Below are positions 61,076-64,000 of a stretch of DNA of 64,000 nucleotides, piece after piece. Source of the stretch: Gaiellales bacterium (GTDB taxonomy: Bacteria; Actinomycetota; Thermoleophilia; Gaiellales; JAICJC01). A program made the translations under genes and the position numbers. Every line of letters starts with the position of its first letter. Position 1 is the first letter of the stretch. Where the stretch lies: NCBI GenBank assembly GCA_035695105.1, contig DASSEV010000043.1, forward strand, positions 3,304 through 67,303, in the 5' to 3' direction. The notes under the pieces are model-generated. The model saw only the letters and a program-made list of their open reading frames with translations, was not told the origin of the DNA and did not search any database.

Positions 61076-62287
61076 GTGGCGTACCCTGGAACCGTGGCAC
61101 GTTCGTCGTTGAGATGGATGCTCGTCGCCGCGGCTCTGCTCGCGGCCTCGTGCAGCGGCGGCGGGACGGCGTCGGGGGGCGGCTCGCCGTCCGCCACGGT
61201 CCCGCCCCCCACGTCCGGGCCAACGGCCGGCGACACGATGCCGGCGGTCACCGTCGACGGCAACGGCTTCGCCGCCGCGGACGGCTCGCCGGTGCAGCTG
61301 CGCGGCGTCGCCGTGCACTCGCTCGATCCCGTCGTCTACGAGCGCGCCCCCGAACTCGGCGTGAACTTCGTCCGGCTGGCCGTTCCCTGGAGCGACTACG
61401 AGGCCAACGCCCCGCAGGGCGACGTGCACTCGTGGGACACCCAGCGGCTCGCTGATCTCGACGCCGAGATCAGCTTCTTCGCCCAGCACGGCATCCAGGT
61501 GCTGATCGACCTGCACCAGTACGGCTGGTCGCCGTACTTCGCCTCGCTCCAGCGCGGGGGCCGCGCCAACGGCATCCCGCGATGGGTGTACCACGGCCGG
61601 CGCTGGCCGCTGACCGAGCAGGGGCGGGCTGCGGCGGAGGCGCACATGTACACCGACCGCCGCGCGACCCAGCTCTACGGGGAGTTTGCCGCGATGCTCG
61701 CGCAGCGCTATCGCACGACCCCGAACGTCGTCGGCTACGAGGTGCTGAACGAGCCGCCGCTCGGGAACATGCCGCGGCGGGCATGGGCCGTGCAGCGCAT
61801 CGTGCGGTGGCAGGCGCGCGTCGGCGCGGCCATCCGCGCCGTCGACCCGAACCGCGCGATCGTGTTCATGGTGCCGCCGCGCACCGACCTGCGCTTCGTG
61901 CAGCTGCGTCCCCTGGAGCGGCTCGGGCACCTCGCCCTCGACGTGCACGACTACTACGCCGGCACCGGCAAGCGGTATCTGACGACCCTGCAGGGCGGCC
62001 GGTACCGCGGCACGCTCGCGCAGCAGGCGGCGTACCTGGCGCCGTACGTATCGCAGGCGAGGGCATGGCAGGTGCCGCTGATCGTCGGCGAGTGGGGGGC
62101 CTTCCCCAGCGAGCGGGGCGTTGGCGCGTACCAGAGCCAGATGGTGCGGCTGTTTGCGCGGGACGGGCTGAGCTGGGCCCGCTGGAGCCTCGACCGCACC
62201 GAGCGGCTCGGCCTGCTGCGGCGCGACGGGACGCTCACCCCGGCGGCGGTGCAGCTGGGGCGGCTGATCGCGCAGACGCCCGAGTAG
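61076..62287 (+). CDS. Glycoside hydrolase family 5 lipoprotein
   Basis: Lipobox LLAASC. GH5 acid/base VLNEP and nucleophile IVGEWG. VNFVRLAVPW. Confidence 0.8.
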   Translation: MAYPGTVARSSLRWMLVAAALLAASCSGGGTASGGGSPSATVPPPTSGPTAGDTMPAVTVDGNGFAAADGSPVQLRGVAVHSLDPVVYERAPELGVNFVRLAVPWSDYEANAPQGDVHSWDTQRLADLDAEISFFAQHGIQVLIDLHQYGWSPYFASLQRGGRANGIPRWVYHGRRWPLTEQGRAAAEAHMYTDRRATQLYGEFAAMLAQRYRTTPNVVGYEVLNEPPLGNMPRRAWAVQRIVRWQARVGAAIRAVDPNRAIVFMVPPRTDLRFVQLRPLERLGHLALDVHDYYAGTGKRYLTTLQGGRYRGTLAQQAAYLAPYVSQARAWQVPLIVGEWGAFPSERGVGAYQSQMVRLFARDGLSWARWSLDRTERLGLLRRDGTLTPAAVQLGRLIAQTPE

Positions 62288-62305
62288 TGCCCGGCCGGCC
62301 CGCGG

Positions 62306-63892
62306 TCAGGACGCGCCGCGTGTCTTGCCCATGAGGGCCGGGATGGTGCGGGCGACGAGCTTGATGTCGCCCCACAGCGTCCAGTTCGTGACGTACAGGT
62401 AGTCCAGGACGAGCATCTCCGAGAAGGGGATCTCGCTTCGGCCGAACACCTGCCAGAGGCCTGTCAGCCCCGGCGTCAGGTCGAGCCGCCGCAGCCCCCA
62501 GTCGTTGACGTACTGGTGCTCGTGCGGGATCAGCGGGCGCGGCCCGACAAGGCTCATCTGCCCGCGGACGACGTTGATCAGCTGCGGCAGCTCGTCGATC
62601 GAGTACTTGCGCAGCACCCGGCCGACCGACGTCACGCGCGGGTCGTCGGGGATCTTGAACATGCGCGCGTCCGTGCCGAGGTGCACGTTCAGGTGGGCGA
62701 CCTCGCCCTTTCGCTCCTCCGCGTCCGCCACCATGGTGCGGAACTTGAGGATCGTGAACGGCTGCTGGCCGCGGCCGATGCGGGTCTGCTTGAACAGCAC
62801 CGGCCCCTTGCTGTTCAGCTTGATCGCGACCGCGACGGCGAGGAGCAGCGGCGCCAGCACGATCAGGCCGAGCGATGCGCCGATCAGGTCGACCGAGCGC
62901 TTGGCGATCCGGTGGCTGGCGGAGAGCACCGGCGGCGTCAGGCCCAGCAGGGGCGTGCCCTGCAGGGAGTGGAACTGCGCCTTGCTGCCCACGACCTCGA
63001 ACAGCCGCGGCACGATGTCGAGCTCCACGTCCAGGTCGTTGCAGGCGCGCACGATGTCGAGGCCGGCGTCGTGGCCGTCGCCGGTGAACGCCAGCATCAC
63101 GTGCTCGATGCCGTACTCGCGGACGATCCGCGGAAGCTCGTCGGTCGCGCCCAGCACCGGCACATCGGCCAGCTCGTGGTGCATCGGCAGCGGATCGTTG
63201 TCGACGAACCCGGCCAGCTCGAGGCCGTAGCCGGGATTGCGTCGGATCTTGCGGGCGATCTCCTGGCCGACCAGGCCGGCGCCGACGATCAGCGTGCGCT
63301 GCAGGAACGCGACGCGGCTGCGGATGAAGACGCGGATGATCGAGCGGCCGAGCGGAAGGATGATGAGGGCGAGGAACCAGAACAGGATCAGCCGCCGCTC
63401 GCTCGCCCGCACGGCGTCGGTCAGCCGGATGGCGACGAAGGTGATCCAGACGCCCACCGTGATCGCGTGGAAGAGGGGCCAGAAATCGTCAAGCGTGGTC
63501 GTGTCGGCGCGCAGCCGGTCGCCCTCGTAGAGGCCGTACAGGCCGGCCAGCGCCAGCCAGCACGGCACCGACACGAGGAACAGGATCAGCTCCTTGCCGG
63601 AGGTGAACCCGTTCGGCGAGGTGCCGAGGATCAGGTGGACGGCGAGGAACGTGAACCCGAGCGCCCACACGTCGGCAACGATCAGGGCACGCCGCACCAA
63701 CGTGCGGCGGGTATGCCGATCTGTGGGGTTGATCACCCCCGTGCGTTCCAACGCTTCCACGATCTGGCCGACGTCGCCCTCCGGCTCGGAGGAGGTGTAC
63801 GCTTCGTCCTCCCCGTCGACGGCTGTTCGGCGATCGTCCCGCCTCTGATCATTCACAGCCAGTGCCCTCTCCTTCCCACTGCCTCGCATCAT
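62306..63892 (-). CDS. Polyprenyl-phosphate glycosyl-1-phosphate transferase (WbaP/CpsE-type priming sugar transferase)
   Basis: 528 aa. N-terminal TM block, central Rossmann-like region (LIVGAGLVGQEIA), and C-terminal bacterial sugar transferase domain (KRSVDL...KFRTM...DELPQLINVVRGQMSLVGPRP). Confidence 0.9.
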   Translation of the reverse strand: MMRGSGKERALAVNDQRRDDRRTAVDGEDEAYTSSEPEGDVGQIVEALERTGVINPTDRHTRRTLVRRALIVADVWALGFTFLAVHLILGTSPNGFTSGKELILFLVSVPCWLALAGLYGLYEGDRLRADTTTLDDFWPLFHAITVGVWITFVAIRLTDAVRASERRLILFWFLALIILPLGRSIIRVFIRSRVAFLQRTLIVGAGLVGQEIARKIRRNPGYGLELAGFVDNDPLPMHHELADVPVLGATDELPRIVREYGIEHVMLAFTGDGHDAGLDIVRACNDLDVELDIVPRLFEVVGSKAQFHSLQGTPLLGLTPPVLSASHRIAKRSVDLIGASLGLIVLAPLLLAVAVAIKLNSKGPVLFKQTRIGRGQQPFTILKFRTMVADAEERKGEVAHLNVHLGTDARMFKIPDDPRVTSVGRVLRKYSIDELPQLINVVRGQMSLVGPRPLIPHEHQYVNDWGLRRLDLTPGLTGLWQVFGRSEIPFSEMLVLDYLYVTNWTLWGDIKLVARTIPALMGKTRGAS

Positions 63893-64000
63893 CGACCGTA
63901 CCCCCCGTTCGGGTAGGCGTCAAGTTGGCTCCACGGAGCCAACCGGCGAGGCGTGGATGAGTGGGTTGTTTGTCACACATTGGACGCAGGGCTTGTCATA

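Overview
The window is a 64 kb, roughly 70% GC, gene-dense chromosomal segment of actinobacterial type. I recognised no rRNA or tRNA genes, CRISPR arrays, transposases or phage genes. Many adjacent genes overlap start-to-stop (ATGA, GTGA, 8 nt), so most of the window is organised as tight operons.

Content from left to right:
- 1-11.8 kb: a ten-gene N-methylglutamate-type methylamine oxidation operon. It has a GS-like ligase, a three-part split glutamate synthase and a four-subunit sarcosine-oxidase-like dehydrogenase, joined to fhs and fchA.
- 11.8-18 kb: an S9 peptidase, a cNMP/CBS/DUF294 sensor, an APC permease and a universal stress protein (USP).
- 18-34 kb: an almost complete de novo purine cluster (purD, E, B, C, S, Q, L, F, M, N, H). 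purK is absent, the PurE motifs are atypical, a VOC gene is coupled to purE, and a foreign antisense operon splits the cluster.
- 34-47 kb: transporters, ettA, a beta-carbonic anhydrase, sthA, a GMC oxidoreductase and msrB.
- 47-51 kb: selA-selB-mobA.
- 51-56 kb: a D-Ala-D-Ala carboxypeptidase coupled to a 982-aa kinase / M23-like / aminotransferase fusion, an M50 protease, and a fused moaD-moaE.
- 56-64 kb: an acyl-CoA mutase large subunit coupled to a sulfotransferase and glycan-assembly genes.

The observations most worth a second look:
- structured repeat elements at 1.3 kb, 20.3 kb and 41.9 kb
- two His/Gly-rich exported proteins
- the MobA / beta-grasp fusion
- the mutase-sulfotransferase operon

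All functional calls rest on motifs read by eye from the translations and on gene context. No database search was run.
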